Shown here: one piece after another, positions 24,101 through 38,085 of the stretch
Numbering within the stretch: position 1 is the first letter of the stretch
Layout of the letters: each line of letters starts with the position of its first letter
NCBI GenBank assembly: GCA_965202585.1
Contig: OZ241828.1
Span: 36,642,001 to 36,706,000, forward strand
Source of the DNA: Thalia democratica
Lineage: Eukaryota
Length of the DNA: 64,000 bases
Reading direction: 5' to 3'
Position numbers and translations under genes: made by a program
Notes under the pieces: generated by a model
Databases searched by the model: none
What the model saw: the letters and a program-made list of their open reading frames with translations, nothing else
Told to the model about the DNA's origin: nothing

Positions 24101-27100
24101 AAATTTTAATTCACTTTTTATGATCTATAAAAGGTATGGTCTGTTATTCTGAGGCAGAAACAATAAAAGACAAGTTAATGAAATAAATGTACTCAGGTGC
24201 ATTCACTATAAAAAATACAACGAGAGTGTAAGAAATTTGAAAATAACAAAAAAAAATTGAAATTTTATTCAAATAAGAGTTAGGAGATTTTATGTTCAAA
24301 CTTGTACACAATTTTTCACCAGTAAATTTTAATTGTTACTTTAAAAATTTAACTAGAACGCATAGCCATTCAACAACGTCCTCAAAAACAAATTTTTTAT
24401 TACCAAGATATAAAAGCAGCAATAGTCATAAATTACTAGCTTATCAAAGTAGTAAACTTGGAAAGACTAACCTATTAAGTTAAAAGACCAAAGCCATCTT
24501 GGAAGGTTCCAGGTTGAACTAAAGGATAATTTATTAAATGATCAACTAATTCAATTCAGTCTACATAAGATAAACAGAACTTTTTTTTTTAAACACTCGA
24601 TTAGTTTTAATTTTTCATCTGAGTGGTTATTTATATTTTTTTGAGTATAAAACTGGGTTTCAATAGCATTGGTTTAGTCTAGTTTGTAGAAAGTTGTAAT
24701 ATGTATATATGTTTTTTTCAGTTTGTAGTTTGTTAGTGTAGTAGTAAACAATTTCATAGTCTACATTTAACATAGGTAAATAAAACTATTAGTCTCTAAA
24801 TATACTTTTGCCAGAAAACACATAAAGTTAAATATTTAAATCATGAGCTGAAATCACTGATAAAATTTAAAACTAGTAATAGGTAGACTTATTTTATAAT
24901 TATTAGTGTATTTTATCTTATTTTATTAATTTTTTTTTCAAAGAGAAAACTTATTTACTACTCAAAGGGTTTTTTTTGTGGTTGTTTACATAATAGTTTT
25001 GATATATTTAAACTTACATATTTAAACATTTATTCAAGATTGTAAAAACTGATAGTTTTAATTAAAAGGATATATTTATTTTATACTTTTTATTTAGTTT
25101 AACCTTTTTTTTTCTTTTATGGATACAGCTTTTTTTTTTTTTTTTTTTAAATATTGCAGCTTTATATTACATATTTATTGTTATTTTATGTTTTTTTTTT
25201 AATATTATAGCTTTAATTTTTTTTTTTTGCTTTTTTTTAATAAGTTAAAATAAATTGATAGTAGAGTTTAAATTCTTAAACATTCCTTTTTTAAACTTCA
25301 AATTTATTTATTAACTTTTTTTTTCTTTTTTAACTCATATAAAAGGTTAAATTATTGCTAAAATTAGTGAAAATTTAAAAAATTAAAAACATTTCAGATA
25401 GAAACTTTACCATTTGATGTAGAGTTCAACATATATTTTATGTGTATATAATGTTAGATATATGTGTGTAGAAAAATTATTTTATTAATTTTTTTTTTTT
25501 GGAAAAATATTTTATGTTGATGAAAAATACTTAGAAAAGTTTAATAGTTTCATTTTTCATAGAGTTTTTCATCATAGAGTTAAAATTTTGACTGTATATA
25601 TATTTTTTCATGTATAATTTTGAATAAGTTGGGTATACAACGCGATGACCGAGATGTCTTTTTGCGTATCTAGGTCCTTGAACCAAAATATTTTGAGCAA
25701 TTTTTCGTTTTTGTTTAATCAACCACATTGGTATGTTGCTTATTTTCATTTGTTAAAAATTAAACTATAAAGAGAGCACAACTTCTTAATATCATACAGA
25801 TTTCGAACAATTTAAAACTTTCATATATTGAAATATATGAGCTTAAAACTTGTTTACGACAGTTTTGGTGGTCCATTTATTAAATTTAAAGTTAATAAGT
25901 TTTACGAGGTAAACGAAAAACATAAAGAAAAATTCAAAATCATTTTATTTGGTGTGTCCAACAATTTCGCACTTTTACATCTTAGCACTGGTTAATGACG
26001 TGATTATGATAAACGACATCCATTTGCGTTGCCCTGACGATGGTTGCCATATGTTCAAGACGTTCCTTTGGGAAGTTGTTGCCATGGAAGCGTTGTGCCA
26101 CAAATTTAATTACTCGCCCATCATGTTATATTCTACGTTGATAATTGAATAAAATTATTAAAAAAAATGATTACTTACTTATAAGTTTACATTTAAAACA
26201 AAAATATAAATAGAACCTAAATAAATTTAAAACCTCAGTTGTTTAATTTAAATACTATTTATAGCATACTTGTTTTTCGTTTTTACTTGTGCGAGGCTAA
26301 AATGCAACAAATATTTTTTGTTTTTTTTTAATACACTTGAGCCGTTTGAAATTCTCGTTAAATTTTGAGGTAAACTTACCTTAAAAGTAACACTTAAATG
26401 CTTATAATAATTATTACAAGTATTCCAAATACTAGATAAATATTTTAAAATTGTATAATAGAAGAATAATTAAAAATCTTCTGGCCATTTTAATTTTAGT
26501 AAAGGCTGTAACTTAAGTAGTCTCTCTGATTATCTGACTCGATCATAATATTTTTTTTTTACACCTGCCTTAAAATAAGCTGCTTACAAAAAACAGAAGA
26601 AAAAAAGAAACTACGGAAGCAACTCATTTATTTTTAATCAACTTGGGTTTGGAAGCGCGTGGCAACTTTTAAAAAATACATGTTTTACGTCAGAAAGGCC
26701 AGAGAGGCAAAACCGCTCTTTTTTGTTGTTGGCGCCGCAATGCAGGGACGAAGTTTCTGCATATTCATGAGCTCATCGATCATTGTGATTTGAGATGAGG
26801 AACCTGTTCTTCTTATTTTTCACAGGTTAAAGTTGTGAATGACAAGACTTGAACCTTTCACTTTTATTAACATCAAACCACAATCCAGTTTGACCGGTGA
26901 AAACAAACACAATGGTTTCAGATAAAACCAAAAAAAAAACAAAAATAGTTGTTTTTCAAGCAAACATTTGAGCAGGTGATCAATTATTAACTCGACCTGA
27001 TCACACGCGATCTGCTTTTCAGCTTGTGCTTCCAAAGTTTCAATTAAATATAGTTTATTGAAACAAAAATATAAACAAAGACTAAAGAAGATAAATTGTA

Positions 27101-30100
27101 CATAAAAACATGAAAAAATAAAAATGTAAAATACAAACAAGTTTAAGTAGTTTTCTGTAGATTTGATCAAAACTATTGGTAATACGACACCTTTATCTAA
27201 AGTGGCCTATCAGCTCATTTGTCTCGAACGTTGACAAAAACATCTTTCTTCTACAAGTTTGTTTTAATTTATACAAATCATCTGCATCTTATTTTTCGTC
27301 TTTATTAGGTTAGTTTACTAAATTTAAAACTCAAAATAGTTTTTAATATTCTATTAATCGAGAATTTAACTAATATTTTTTTGTAACAGATGTTAGAAAG
27401 AAATTAATACTAATAAGGCTACTTAACACATAAGTTTATTAAATTTCTAAAAAATTACAAAAGATTTAAATAGAAAACGAAATTAAACACACTTTGTGTC
27501 TTTTTTATCGACAAAACTTTATACAAAAACTTTTTACATAGGAGGTAAAAAGTATTCTTAATGTACATTTTTGTGATAAAGGTTTTGCTTTTTCAATTTT
27601 GTTGTTCAAAATTTACAACTAACAAATTAGTGCTCGTACTTTTTCTACTATTTATTTGACCATGTGACAGCTTGTGATTTATTTATATAATCAAACGTCA
27701 TCAGAAATGCATTAAATATTCAGCAAACTACTTCTGAGAGCTTTTACGATGGTAGTCACAGTAGTACAACACACACTAATTTATTTATTAAACAAATTTA
27801 ATTTTGCCACTTGCATTTCCCTGTTGCAAGATGATTTTGTAGTATGTGTATCAAATATTTTTTTTTTGAATTTTCTGTTTGGATTTTTTAGTAAAAGTAT
27901 ATAGAAGTTTCCACAATGATTTGATTGCTAATTTTTGATGAATGTTAAATTATTACTTGCAACATACTAGTACTATTAGCATGATTTTATACATTACTAC
28001 AGTTATTTTATTATTTATAATTTTTTATACAGCCAGTATTTTATTCGAAAAATAATACTTAAAACAGTTGAATTAATTTATAGAAAAAACGGCATCATAA
28101 ATAAATAAATGGGTAGCTGTGCATAAGTCAGGTAAAAAAAAACCTCGAATCCGCATCAAGCCCGCATTCTACAGCCACATAGTGACGTCATAATCACAAG
28201 TAGCGCGCAAGTGTGCTGAATGTCTCTCATCAGAAATTCAGTAAAACCATATTTCAATCACCATAAACAGTTTATAGTGTTCCAATTTAAAAAGACGTTC
28301 ATTGATTATTTATTGTGGCAGTGTAATAAGATAACAAGTTTCAAACTTGCACAATTTTTGATTGGAATTGTTGTTAGTTGTTTAAATAATCAATACTTTC
28401 TTGCTCACCTCTTGCAAAGAACTTTAAGAAGATGTAACTCTAAACTACTTTAGAATGGTTTTGCCTTAAAAAATTATGTTTCAAAAAGCTTTAATTATTT
28501 TAGAACGAAGGATCCAACTCAAACGACAGACCTAACACGTCAGATAAGCCAATCAACGGTCAAGGACGAAATTCAAACCAGTCAAAGGGTTACCACCATC
28601 AGAAGGAGCAGCAGCCGGCTTGGAAGGCGCTGAGTGATTTTGCACTGCAGAGCGAGATAGAAAAACCGCCGTTTCAGCAGCTGGTTTGTTTGTAAAATGT
28701 TTTGTAAACAGTATAGTATGATTGTATTTGATAAAAATATTGTCGTTTAAAAAAAAGAAGTTTTTATATTGTCATATATTCAGCTGTTTTAATGTGGAAT
28801 ATAAATTTTCTTAAACATTGTAAAAGTAATAAATACTTTTCATCTAACTTAAATCAATTAGGTCAAAAATAATAAAAATAAATGACTGACCTCTCTTTGA
28901 TATGAAAACTGATTTTTATTTGAGAAACTTTTCGCATGCATGTTGCATAAACTGTGTGAAGCTTTTAGTTATTGTTTTATTGTCGTAGTTAGCGTTTTAT
29001 TTCAAAAATGTTAAGAATAATGTAGCGCTTTTCACTTTTAATTTTTTTTTTAATTATTTAACTGTTTTCCTATAACATTACAGTAACTTTTAAACTATCT
29101 GATACATATCATACCAATTGTGTACTTATTTGTTTGACTGCTACACTTGCTAAACTTTTTTGTGTGCTTTGCTAACACATCTTTAAAAGTACAAACTACG
29201 TTGTGTACTTTTCAACTATGAAAGTTTAAACTAATCTTGTAAAATTTTAATAGTTTTTTTGTTAGACCTATTTAATTAGGAAATTATTGAAATCTAGGAA
29301 AATATCATAAAGATGTTGAACAAACGACCAACATTTTTACAGACATTAATTTTACAATTTAACTAACTAAATATTAGGCATTATCTACACATTTAGTTAC
29401 TGAAGTGACTCTGTAAAAATATTCGCATGAAATAGTTTTTAAAAGCTTTTATTTCTTAAAAAGAACTTTTTTAAAGTTTCATTTTGAATTTTGCAACAGT
29501 CGTTTTAAAGCTAAATTCAATATAGATATGAAGCAGTTGAATGAAAAACTTATTTAAGCACTTATTATTATCGTTAAAACTTTTAACTAAACATATTTAT
29601 TCGTAGTTATTATTAACTAGAAGCTTTATGCATAATAACTTTTAAAGACTAAAAAAAGTATAAAGTGTGTAAACTATAATATTACAATATTTGAAAAAAT
29701 ACTATTACGAAATATGCATGTGTTTAGAGTTTCACATACTTGTTTAAGTATACGTGAGCTTGATTAAAACTATTAACTGTAATAATTTTGATAACAAGCA
29801 AATGAAGTTTAAGACAAAAGTTAGTTGTAGAAAATATCTAAAAATTATTTTGGATAGTATCTAAATAAGCCCTAAAAACTATCATACATATTTTTTTGAA
29901 ATCTCTGTCTTTTAAGTAACTTTGCTCTTCCTTTAGGATAATAACTTGACTAGTCAGTAGCTGCTAATCACAAGTTAATTTTGTACGTATATCTATTTAA
30001 AGACAGATTAAAAATAGATCAAAATATTACAAACAAAAAAAATAAATGTTTTTTCCGTAGGTGAGCAACTTTTCGGATCAGGCTCCCTCTTCGATTTCAG

Positions 30101-30302
30101 ATTGCTCGGAGGTTTGCAGCATCCCCTCCGTATCCTCCCAAAGTTACTCCACAACTTCCTGCGCTACTCCACCACATTATACCACAGAAAGTAAGCTGAT
30201 TATAAAAAAATTATATGAAAAATTTAAGCTGTAAGCTACTTAACTTCTACTTACTAACTTAACTTCAACGTTACAGAGACAAAAATCTTATTTGCCGGCT
30301 GA
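11832..30302 (+). CDS. Isl: Islet-class LIM-homeodomain transcription factor, copy 1 (spliced; about 482 aa if the 30277-30302 terminal exon is used)
   Basis: Seven exons join in frame through GT-AG introns with matching phases (1,2,2,1,0,0). They encode LIM1, LIM2, an Islet homeodomain (RTVLNEKQL...[17 protein letters not shown]) and the Islet-specific Lhx3-binding motif [26 protein letters not shown]. The terminal exon is uncertain. Confidence 0.93.
12860..13100. promoter_or_regulatory. Paralog-conserved intron 1 element (partner about 57035-57270)
   Basis: Shared GC-rich core gcagcgaattaagcggccattatcc(t/c)ggcgaaccaat. Confidence 0.5.
13350..13530 (+). CDS. Isl: Islet copy 1 exon 2 (LIM1)
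   Basis: ctttatcag| acceptor and |gtttgt donor. C-x2-C-x17-H-x2-C-x2-C-x2-C-x18-C-x2-D zinc-ligand pattern. Confidence 0.93.
15230..16110. promoter_or_regulatory. Large paralog-conserved intron 2 element (partner about 59745-60620)
   Basis: Contains the 119-bp identical block 15379-15497 = 59908-60026 and a conserved GTTGCTAGGCAGC motif. Confidence 0.68.
16195..16480. promoter_or_regulatory. Paralog-conserved intron 2 element (partner about 60735-61010)
   Basis: Shared tgacgtcatagtcaacgcc-acgacggctcactgacatgtaaagtgtcaccacttaactagttaa core. Confidence 0.6.
17030..17235. promoter_or_regulatory. Paralog-conserved intron 2 element (partner about 61550-61750)
   Basis: 90-bp identical block 17125-17214 = 61642-61731 and a conserved palindrome TGTGTTTAAACACA. 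Confidence 0.62.
18932..19030 (+). CDS. Isl: Islet copy 1 exon 3 (LIM2 first half)
   Basis: ttactttccag| acceptor and |gttagt donor. [32 protein letters not shown] resembles Islet LIM2 (KCAKC...YHIECFRC). Confidence 0.92.
19316..19443 (+). CDS. Isl: Islet copy 1 exon 4 (LIM2 second half)
   Basis: gtattacag| acceptor and |gtgagt donor. [27 protein letters not shown] contains the Islet-typical QLIPGD motif. Confidence 0.93.
21404..21801 (+). CDS. Isl: Islet copy 1 exon 5 (homeodomain 21523-21702 followed by a Q-rich tract)
   Basis: tttacgtgcag| acceptor (phase 1) and CAG|gttggt donor (phase 0). [59 protein letters not shown]. Confidence 0.96.
22127..22790 (-). mobile_element. Probable decayed 3' end of a non-LTR retrotransposon (L1/Tx1-like) in intron 5
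   Basis: The minus strand ends ...gacAATAAActtAAAAAAAAA after a GT-rich tail. Upstream is a stop-riddled frame (LKI**MANSC...[12 protein letters not shown]...SRW) only loosely resembling L1/Tx1 ORF2 C-termini. Confidence 0.42.
25090..25330. repeat. Low-complexity poly(T)-rich tract in intron 5
   Basis: Multiple T runs of 9-18 nt. Confidence 0.6.
28504..28683 (+). CDS. Isl: Islet copy 1 exon 6 (Lhx3/4-binding domain); not in the supplied ORF track
   Basis: ttattttag| acceptor, 60 open codons ending [24 protein letters not shown], then |gtttgt. Matches vertebrate ISL1 [23 protein letters not shown]. Confidence 0.93.
30061..30190 (+). CDS. Isl: Islet copy 1 exon 7 (S/T-rich C-terminal region)
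   Basis: ttttccgtag| acceptor. [27 protein letters not shown] resembles ISL1 [23 protein letters not shown]. |gtaagc donor, phase 1. Confidence 0.85.
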
Positions 30303-30407
30303 AAAACGCCATCGAACAACTTAATGAAGACGAGACTCAATCAGTTCAATAAGCTGAAGGCGCACGTTCAGATGTTCTCATACTGGAAAATTACTAAGCT
30401 GGAGCAG
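30277..30407 (+). CDS. Candidate Islet exon 8 (phase-1 reading gives KTKILFAG* with TGA at 30300-30302)
   Basis: TACTAAC branch-point consensus at about 30252-30258 and a ttacag| acceptor. The 3' boundary (weak CAG|gtgctc donor at 30407, or polyadenylation near AATAAA about 30462) is uncertain. Confidence 0.45.
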
Positions 30408-30736
30408 GTGCTCAAAAGGGAAAACACCAAAATCAAAATCATTAGAAACTTCATCCCGGTTAATAAAATGGGCAATACTTTAAAAACGTAAATAAAAAAT
30501 ATATATGAAATTTCAGAATAGCTTGAATCAATATAGATAAAAAATTACATATTTTAAACATTAAACATCGATTTTGTTCTTCATATAAAAAATAAAAACA
30601 ATAAAACTTGAAATAAGAGTTTTTAGGCTGAACTAATCCTACTTAAATGATCCAAGTATTCACACTGTTTCAATTTACCTTATTAAAAATATCAACTGTT
30701 TAAAATCAACAAATTTCTCAAAATATTATTTCACAG

Positions 30737-30874
30737 AGGATTCGCAAGAGGACGAGCTTGTCGACCCTCAGTGCATCTTCTGCTGACTTTTATGAAACCT
30801 CTGACTACAGAACAGGTGTCCAAATGTCACCAGAAACATCTAAAGATCAACTCACTGTATCAGCGATTTTTTGA
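30737..30874 (+). CDS. Candidate alternative terminal exon of Islet copy 1
   Basis: ttatttcacag| acceptor and locally raised GC. Phase 0 reads RIRKRTSLSTLSASSADFYETSDYRTGVQMSPETSKDQLTVSAIF*; phase 1 reads KDSQEDELVDPQCIFC*. AATAAA at 30915-30920. Confidence 0.4.
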   Translation, partial: RIRKRTSLSTLSASSADFYETSDYRTGVQMSPETSKDQLTVSAIF

Positions 30875-33800
30875 AAAAAAAAACAAACTGCGTTCAATTT
30901 AGAATTACCTTGTTAATAAACAGTTTATCTGAAATTATTGCTTGTTTGTAAGTTTCACATTATTAGAAAACATCTTAAAACAAAAAGAAATACGCTTTTC
31001 ATCTAAAAATTTAAAATGTACACATACTTTAGTATCAAACATATTAAAGTTGTGTGATTTTAAATGTCATCAACTTTAAATAAAATTGTCAAATTCTAGA
31101 TTTAAAATAGTATCCTACTATTTAATTAGTTAAAATAAATTAAAATATTCTCTTTAGTACATAAAATTTTGATATATATAAATATATATATATTTATACT
31201 TTTCATTAAATTGAATTAGGATATCAAAAAACTAATTGCTTTCGAAAGTGAAAAGTTCATTTTGATAAAGTAAATCTGGTACGAGTTTGTTTAATAAGTC
31301 TAAGTACAACATATTAGAACTATAGCTTAACAAAAAAAAGATCACTTTTGATATTTTTTCATTTGCACAAAAGAAAGTTTAATAAAAATTTGTTGCAGCC
31401 AATCAATTTAAACTTATTGAGGTAGCAACCAATGAAATTAAACACATTAAAACAAAAGTACTGTTATAAAACTTAGTATAAGTAATAAAGTTTAAATATT
31501 AATATTACGCTGTTTAACTAATTTAACAAACGGGTGATGAATAAAAACAGATCAGCTTATGTATGAGGTTTGTTACCAGTTTGAAGCTTACAACTAAATA
31601 AAGCTAAATACACCAGTTAGTTTTTTTTTCAATTAACTTATTAACTAAGCTACTGTTGCAAAGTGTTTATGATAAATGAGTAGTAAAATACAAAAACCTT
31701 AATCTTATATCCTTGCAAGAAAAAGTATTTTTAATTTAAGAAAGGTTCTTTTTATAGAAAGCAAGCTAAATTTAATTGAATACGTTTCTCTTATAATTTT
31801 TTTAAGCTTATGTTCAAACTATGTTCAAATTGTTTCCGATTTCAAACTAAAATCTAACAAACGAATGAAATGACTTGCTATACAGTTGTTTTATATGTTA
31901 TTATTAAGTTCAACAGTCAATTATGATAAACAAAATCAGTTTAGCTTGAAGAAGTTTGTTAACATTTTGAAGTTTACAGTTTAATAAGATTAAAACAACA
32001 ATATTTAATTTTTTAGTTAATATATTATATACAATTTAAAAGCGTTAATAATCAATAATTTATAAAATAAAATAAAAAATAATTTTATATCCCTTAACAA
32101 AATATTATATTGACTTTAAGAAAAGAACTTTTTATTGAAAAAAAGTTAAGTTTAATTAAATACCTCTCTTTTGTAATTTTTTTATTCACGCTCAAATTAT
32201 TAAATTATAAGTTATTTTAATTTCTAATTTCATACTAAGAATCTAACAAACGATTAAATTAAATTGCCACACAATTGCTTTGTATGTCATTATAAAAATT
32301 TAGGCAGTTTTAATTGTATGATATCCTTATTCTTTTTCAATTTAACTTTTAAGTTAAAAGGTTAAACTATTATAAAAATTATAAAACTATCCAATGAAAA
32401 AACTTAATAATTTTTAATTATGCTAAAATAAGTTTTTTATGCTTGTTATGCAACATTTGGCTTGGGTATTAAAGCCTGAGCCACTAAACCAGAAAATAGA
32501 CGAAGGAAAAAAAACAAAGAATTAATATAAAGTTAACACGTGACAATATAGTTTATATTTAAAAGTTGTCTAAAACGTCAAGAAACATAGGTTTTCTTTA
32601 AAGTAAAAAATAAAACCTACCACACAAAAGAGTATAACGCTTTACAGTAGATTGATGTCTATAAAAAGTACTATGACAATTATTATACAATTAGTCAAAA
32701 CAATTCTAAAGTAAACTACTCAAAACTTATTTTTAATTTAAGTTCATAGAACATTTAAAAGTTTAAAGTGTAAAAAAATAATTTTGTAGAATATTAATAA
32801 AACACCTCAACATCAACTATATGTATGGTAATTTCTATAGTTTTGCTATTTTTATAGCCGTTGAATTTCAAGCTTTTAGCTTATAATAATAAACTAAGTA
32901 GTAAATAGTGTGAAAGAAATCTTGTTCACCTATTGTTTTTTCCAAAGTTGCAGCTTCTATTATTAGAGATAACATTTAAAGAGCTCAACTTATTGTAAGG
33001 AGAATAATATAATTTCCGATATTTTAAGATTTATTTTTAAAAAAATGTTTTACTTAAAATAAGAGATTATAAAATAATAATAAAATCATATTTGAATTAA
33101 AAGTCAAAACCAGTGATGATCTTTTTTTATTTGAGTGAAATTTTGTCTAAAAAATATCTTTTAAAAGTTTTTATCTCTTAAAAGACATTGATTATTCTAA
33201 AAAATAATAACTTCAATTTTTTTATTGAGCAAAAGCATTTCTCAACTAAAATTATATTAAATAAATTTAAAAGGTTATATAAATAATACAGAATAAAGTA
33301 CTAATAATTGTGAAGCAATTTATCAAAGAACTTGATTTACTTAATTTAGCAAAAACATCTATATGTACTGATGTTACTAATAAAACAATTTGTTGTGTCT
33401 GGTTTTATTGAAATTATTCAAATTTTATTTTATTTTCTTTAAAAGCAATAAATTATCTCAACAAATTGTTATAAAAAGATGTTTATTATACAATATTCTT
33501 AAACGGAATTATGTAAGTTCCATTAACTTTTAAATCAATTTATTTCCAGTGTTGTATACAAAGCTTGAGTTTAAACACTGACTTATATGTTGAAAGGGAA
33601 AACTAGAACTCGAAAAATTAGAAATTATTCAAATAAACTGCAACCAATTTTTAATGAAAGAATTTCTTAAGTAATTAGTATAAAAATATATATTATAATA
33701 TATTAATATAAAAAATATTTCATTTAGTATAAAACGAAACTATTGTTTAACTGTTTTTGAAAAATTTTAAATGGAACCTAAATAAAAACAGATGTTATTT

Positions 33801-36800
33801 TACTTAAAGTCAAAACATAAGTGACAACATATTTTGACTTTAAAGATGTTTAAGAGCAAGTTTAAAGATAACTTTTTTAAGGTTTTCAAGCACGTACATA
33901 TGAAACAGAAGGTTTTGGTAAAAATAGAGATTTCCGCAACTAAAAGCAAAATAAAAAAACTCTAAATTCCATAATTAAACCAAAAAAGTTTTATATTGCA
34001 TACAAAATATTGTAAGTGCTTGTTTTATTTTTCTTTAAATCCACGAAGTTTAAACTACTAACAATGGTTCGTTTTTAACATAACGTTTTTTTTTGTTTAA
34101 AAGTTGCATTAAACTTTTAAACTTTAATGTATAATAACAAATTTTTCAGTTATAAACTTAAACAAACAATTTTTGGTAAATTTTTTTGTTAGGATTAACA
34201 AAAGAATTTGTAACCCTATAGAGATTGTTATTTCTTACAATTTTTGTGTATATGTTTATTCGAATGAATTTTTTTATCATAACACATATACATTTGTCTG
34301 AATAAAAGTCAAATATGTAACCTCATAGCACTTATAATACTATAAAACTGAAAACCTAAAGTTTTATTTAAACAATAAAAGTGAAAGTTTTATTTGCACA
34401 TTCTAGTAATTTTTACATTGAAACTGTACTGTACTGATATTTCGAAAGTTGGGTTTTACGACTATGTATACTAAAAAAATACAACTAAATTCAAAATTTA
34501 ACTGATTCAGCATTAATAGTTTTTTTTTTCAAACTAATAAAATAGCTCTAATAGTTCAAAACTATAAATAATTTTAACTGAAAAAACTTCATTAAATCAC
34601 CAAAAAAATATTTTATATAGTTAAAAATAGTTATTTTTTGTTTTAGAGTTTTATATAAAATACAGCTATAAAGCTCTGGTTTACAAGTTCTAAAGTTCAG
34701 CTAATTATGTTTTCTCGAGGGGTAATAAATCAAATTGTTATGGATTCAGCACGCATCAGACTAATAATTTTTTCAGAACTTATTATGTTTGACTTTTGAT
34801 GAGAAGTTGTTAGCGTATTTGGTTTGGGTATCACAAAATACCGCACTACTTAATATGTGTATACTTTAAGACAATTTCAATATATTGTAAATCTAGGTTT
34901 ATTTTTTAAGAATTAATAAACTAACTGTTTTGAAACTGTTAGCATTAACCTTTTTAAGATGCAAATAATTTAAGGTACACTAAAAAATAATCAACTTGTA
35001 AAGCCCTTGTTTTGAGTAATGTAGTACTTTATAAGATAAAACTATATGTAATAAAATAAACACTTATTCTATCAGTCTTTTAATATACTTATATTTTAAA
35101 TATAAAAGTATTTTTAGAGAAAATTTAATAAATAGCCATACAATAAATTATGTTCAAATAAAAAAACATATATAATATTACACCATTAGCACACCTGTGT
35201 TCTTTAGTTTAGTCTTTAAATAATTTTAGGATAAAACATTTTTTAGTTACTTTTCAGTAAAATATACTTTCTTTCACTTAACTACGCAGTCGTTTCCTCG
35301 TTAAAGTTAGAAAACAGTACATCATATTGTTTTTGTTTTCGCATGCTTTAAAAAGTTTCAAAACAAAAGTAAAACTAAAACATTTTCAAATTCGTTAGCA
35401 TAGTTTAAAGCTAAACAGGAAGCAAGATATTCTTTTATTTAAATTCTTTAAAAGTATCATTAAATATTTAAAAAACTATCAATATTGTTTTTTATCAATT
35501 TTAAAGTGATAAATATTTCTTATTTTAAAGATTTTTTAATCAAGTAAATTTAACAAATTAATTAAATAAATTTTTTTTTTACCATTATTGTACAAAGCAC
35601 AAGTGTTGTATAATTTACAGCTATTTTATAAAAGTTCAAAGCTAAAATTAGTTGTTGATTATTGTATAGTAGTACATGATCAAAAATATCTTATACTTAT
35701 CTTTTACAGCTTAATAATGTGTATGATATAAAGAAAAATTTAAAAGTTTTCGTCTAAAACGGAAACTACAGTTTATTAAACAACAAAAATACACTCAAAA
35801 TATTTGCTCCTAGGACATGGTGCACAAAAAACCTCTCAGTTATCGAGTCGCACACCACGGATACCTTTAAAGCCTTGTCCAGGACATATTCCTTAAAATA
35901 GATACAAAAATTATTTTTTAAATGATTAATGTACACAAACTTAATTGATTTTTTTTACTACAAATACTTCTAAAAGTTGAGCATTAATAAATATCAATTT
36001 ACTCTTGACCACGCAAATTTAAAAACTTTTTTTTCACAAAAAAAAGCTTGACTTTTTTAAGTTGTTCTTAACGTTGCAAGAGAAGCGTTTGATTGATATT
36101 GCATTGAAAATGTTCGAAATAATCGCCTTGCTAAAAGCGAGCGTGTTGAAGCAATACAAAAGTAACAACAAATCCTGTTGGGCTGAATTTTATACCAGAA
36201 GAAGTAGAGAAGCTGCCAAAAACCTCTTAACATTGACCGCCAGTTTTTACAACAAGTTTGTTTTCACTGAAGTAAATGTTTAATAGGCGGTCGTTGTTTG
36301 TAGTCTGTTAATTTTGTTTTGAACAACAAAGCTTACAAATACAACTTATGATTAATATTTGAAGAAGCTAGTTGACATGTTGTTAATATTTTAAGACTTT
36401 AATAAAAGTCTGCACGCGCTAACTAAGTAAAAAAAAAGTGTTTCTAATATTGTAAACTGTACCTTATAGTTTAATGTTTCTAAAAATTGTGTTTATATTT
36501 GTTTTTAATCAAATGTATCAAACTTAAAAATATTTTTGCATTGTTTTTATAATTTTTGCTCCAAGTTTTTATGAATCATGTATAGATTACTCATTGCTTT
36601 TACCATTCATAATAAAAATGTACAAAACAAAAATAAAGAGATATCACTTATATTCATATATAAAGTTTTCCTTTTAAATTTAAAAACTCTATGTGTAAGC
36701 TTTTAGTTTAAAGCAAAAGTTAAACTATTCGGTTTACTAATTAAATAATGCATAAACGTTTTTTAATAAATAATACACTACCTAAAATAAGCTACATAAT

Positions 36801-38085
36801 TTTAAAATGTTTAAATTTTCCTTATTACGTTTTTTAAAACCCTTATTTTTTACTTAAGTAATTAAGTTAAGTTACTATATATTTTTAAACTTTAACTAAA
36901 CTAGACTGTGTTTTTTTGTTTGTTTAAAAAAAGTCATTTAAAAATACCTTTAAAGTTCTTTAAAAACTTAAACTGAGAGCTTAATTATTTTTAAATATTG
37001 TAATAAGCTTTTAAATAAACTTTAATCTTACCAGAGACCAAACATTTTAACTAGAAATATTTGACTGAAGTTAAATATTAGTTGACATTATAAAAACAAA
37101 AGTGAGACAACATTACACATTAAAAAAATTGAAAGAAACAGTATCATTATAAAAATGTTTTTAATTTGCAAAACAATGATTTATCACCTTAAGCTACTAA
37201 TTTTCTTTAAAATCGTCAATACTATTGTGCGCTCTTACTTACATGCAATGTAAATGTATAATTTAAAAACAGTTTTAAAATCTTAATCAGGATATAAAAA
37301 ATATTTAGTTGATATCTATCATTTTTTGGCATTTTAGTTTAAGTAAATTCCTCAAGTCTAAATCTAAGTTATATTTATAAAGCAATAAAGTGAAACAATA
37401 TATAAATTAATGCTAGTTATACCGCTTAAAAAGTTCTTGACAAGTATTAAAAAAGAATTTAGCCTTAACAAAGCTTTTACCTAAATCTTTACAAAAACAA
37501 AGATTTTTCTCATTGAGTTTTAGAAGTATAGTAGCTTAGCAGTTCCTAAAAATGCATTTGCTGTAAAAATTATTTTTGGTAAGCTAAACTTATTTTAAAA
37601 TTACGTGTGAGTACCCGATTCAACTATTTTTAAAATTTAAAATATCTATCTACAGTTAGACTTTTGGGAGCCTACTTTAAATCTTTCAAACAAAGTATGA
37701 ATACATGGTCAAGTGAAGATATGCAAAAAAGCAAAAAACTGATAAGATATCTTTTGTTAATCGAAGACTCTTCTCTTTAGAAATTGTACTTCGTGATGAT
37801 AATAAAGATAGGTTTCTTCTTTTTAAAATGAATAGTTGCAGAAGGATATTAGGTTTCAGAAGATTTGATTGTTCAAGGGCTTGTTTAAGCATCAATAAAA
37901 CTTAAATTAGTTTTGTAAAATTTTCTTGTAGTTCTAAAAGTAACACTAATACTGGCAAAATTTTCAGTTATTTTAGTAGTTTTTAACATTTTAGTTTTAT
38001 AAGTATCGAATTATATAATATCTTAAAATGCTTATCTATATATCTTTTGTAATTTTTTTCAACACTTCTATTTTTAATAAACGTA

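Noticed and set aside
37686-37895. Minus-strand 69-aa ORF, and plus-strand MNTWSSEDMQK resembling an HTH-psq transposase start
   Set aside because: Similarity is limited to a few residues and the frame closes; no TIRs.
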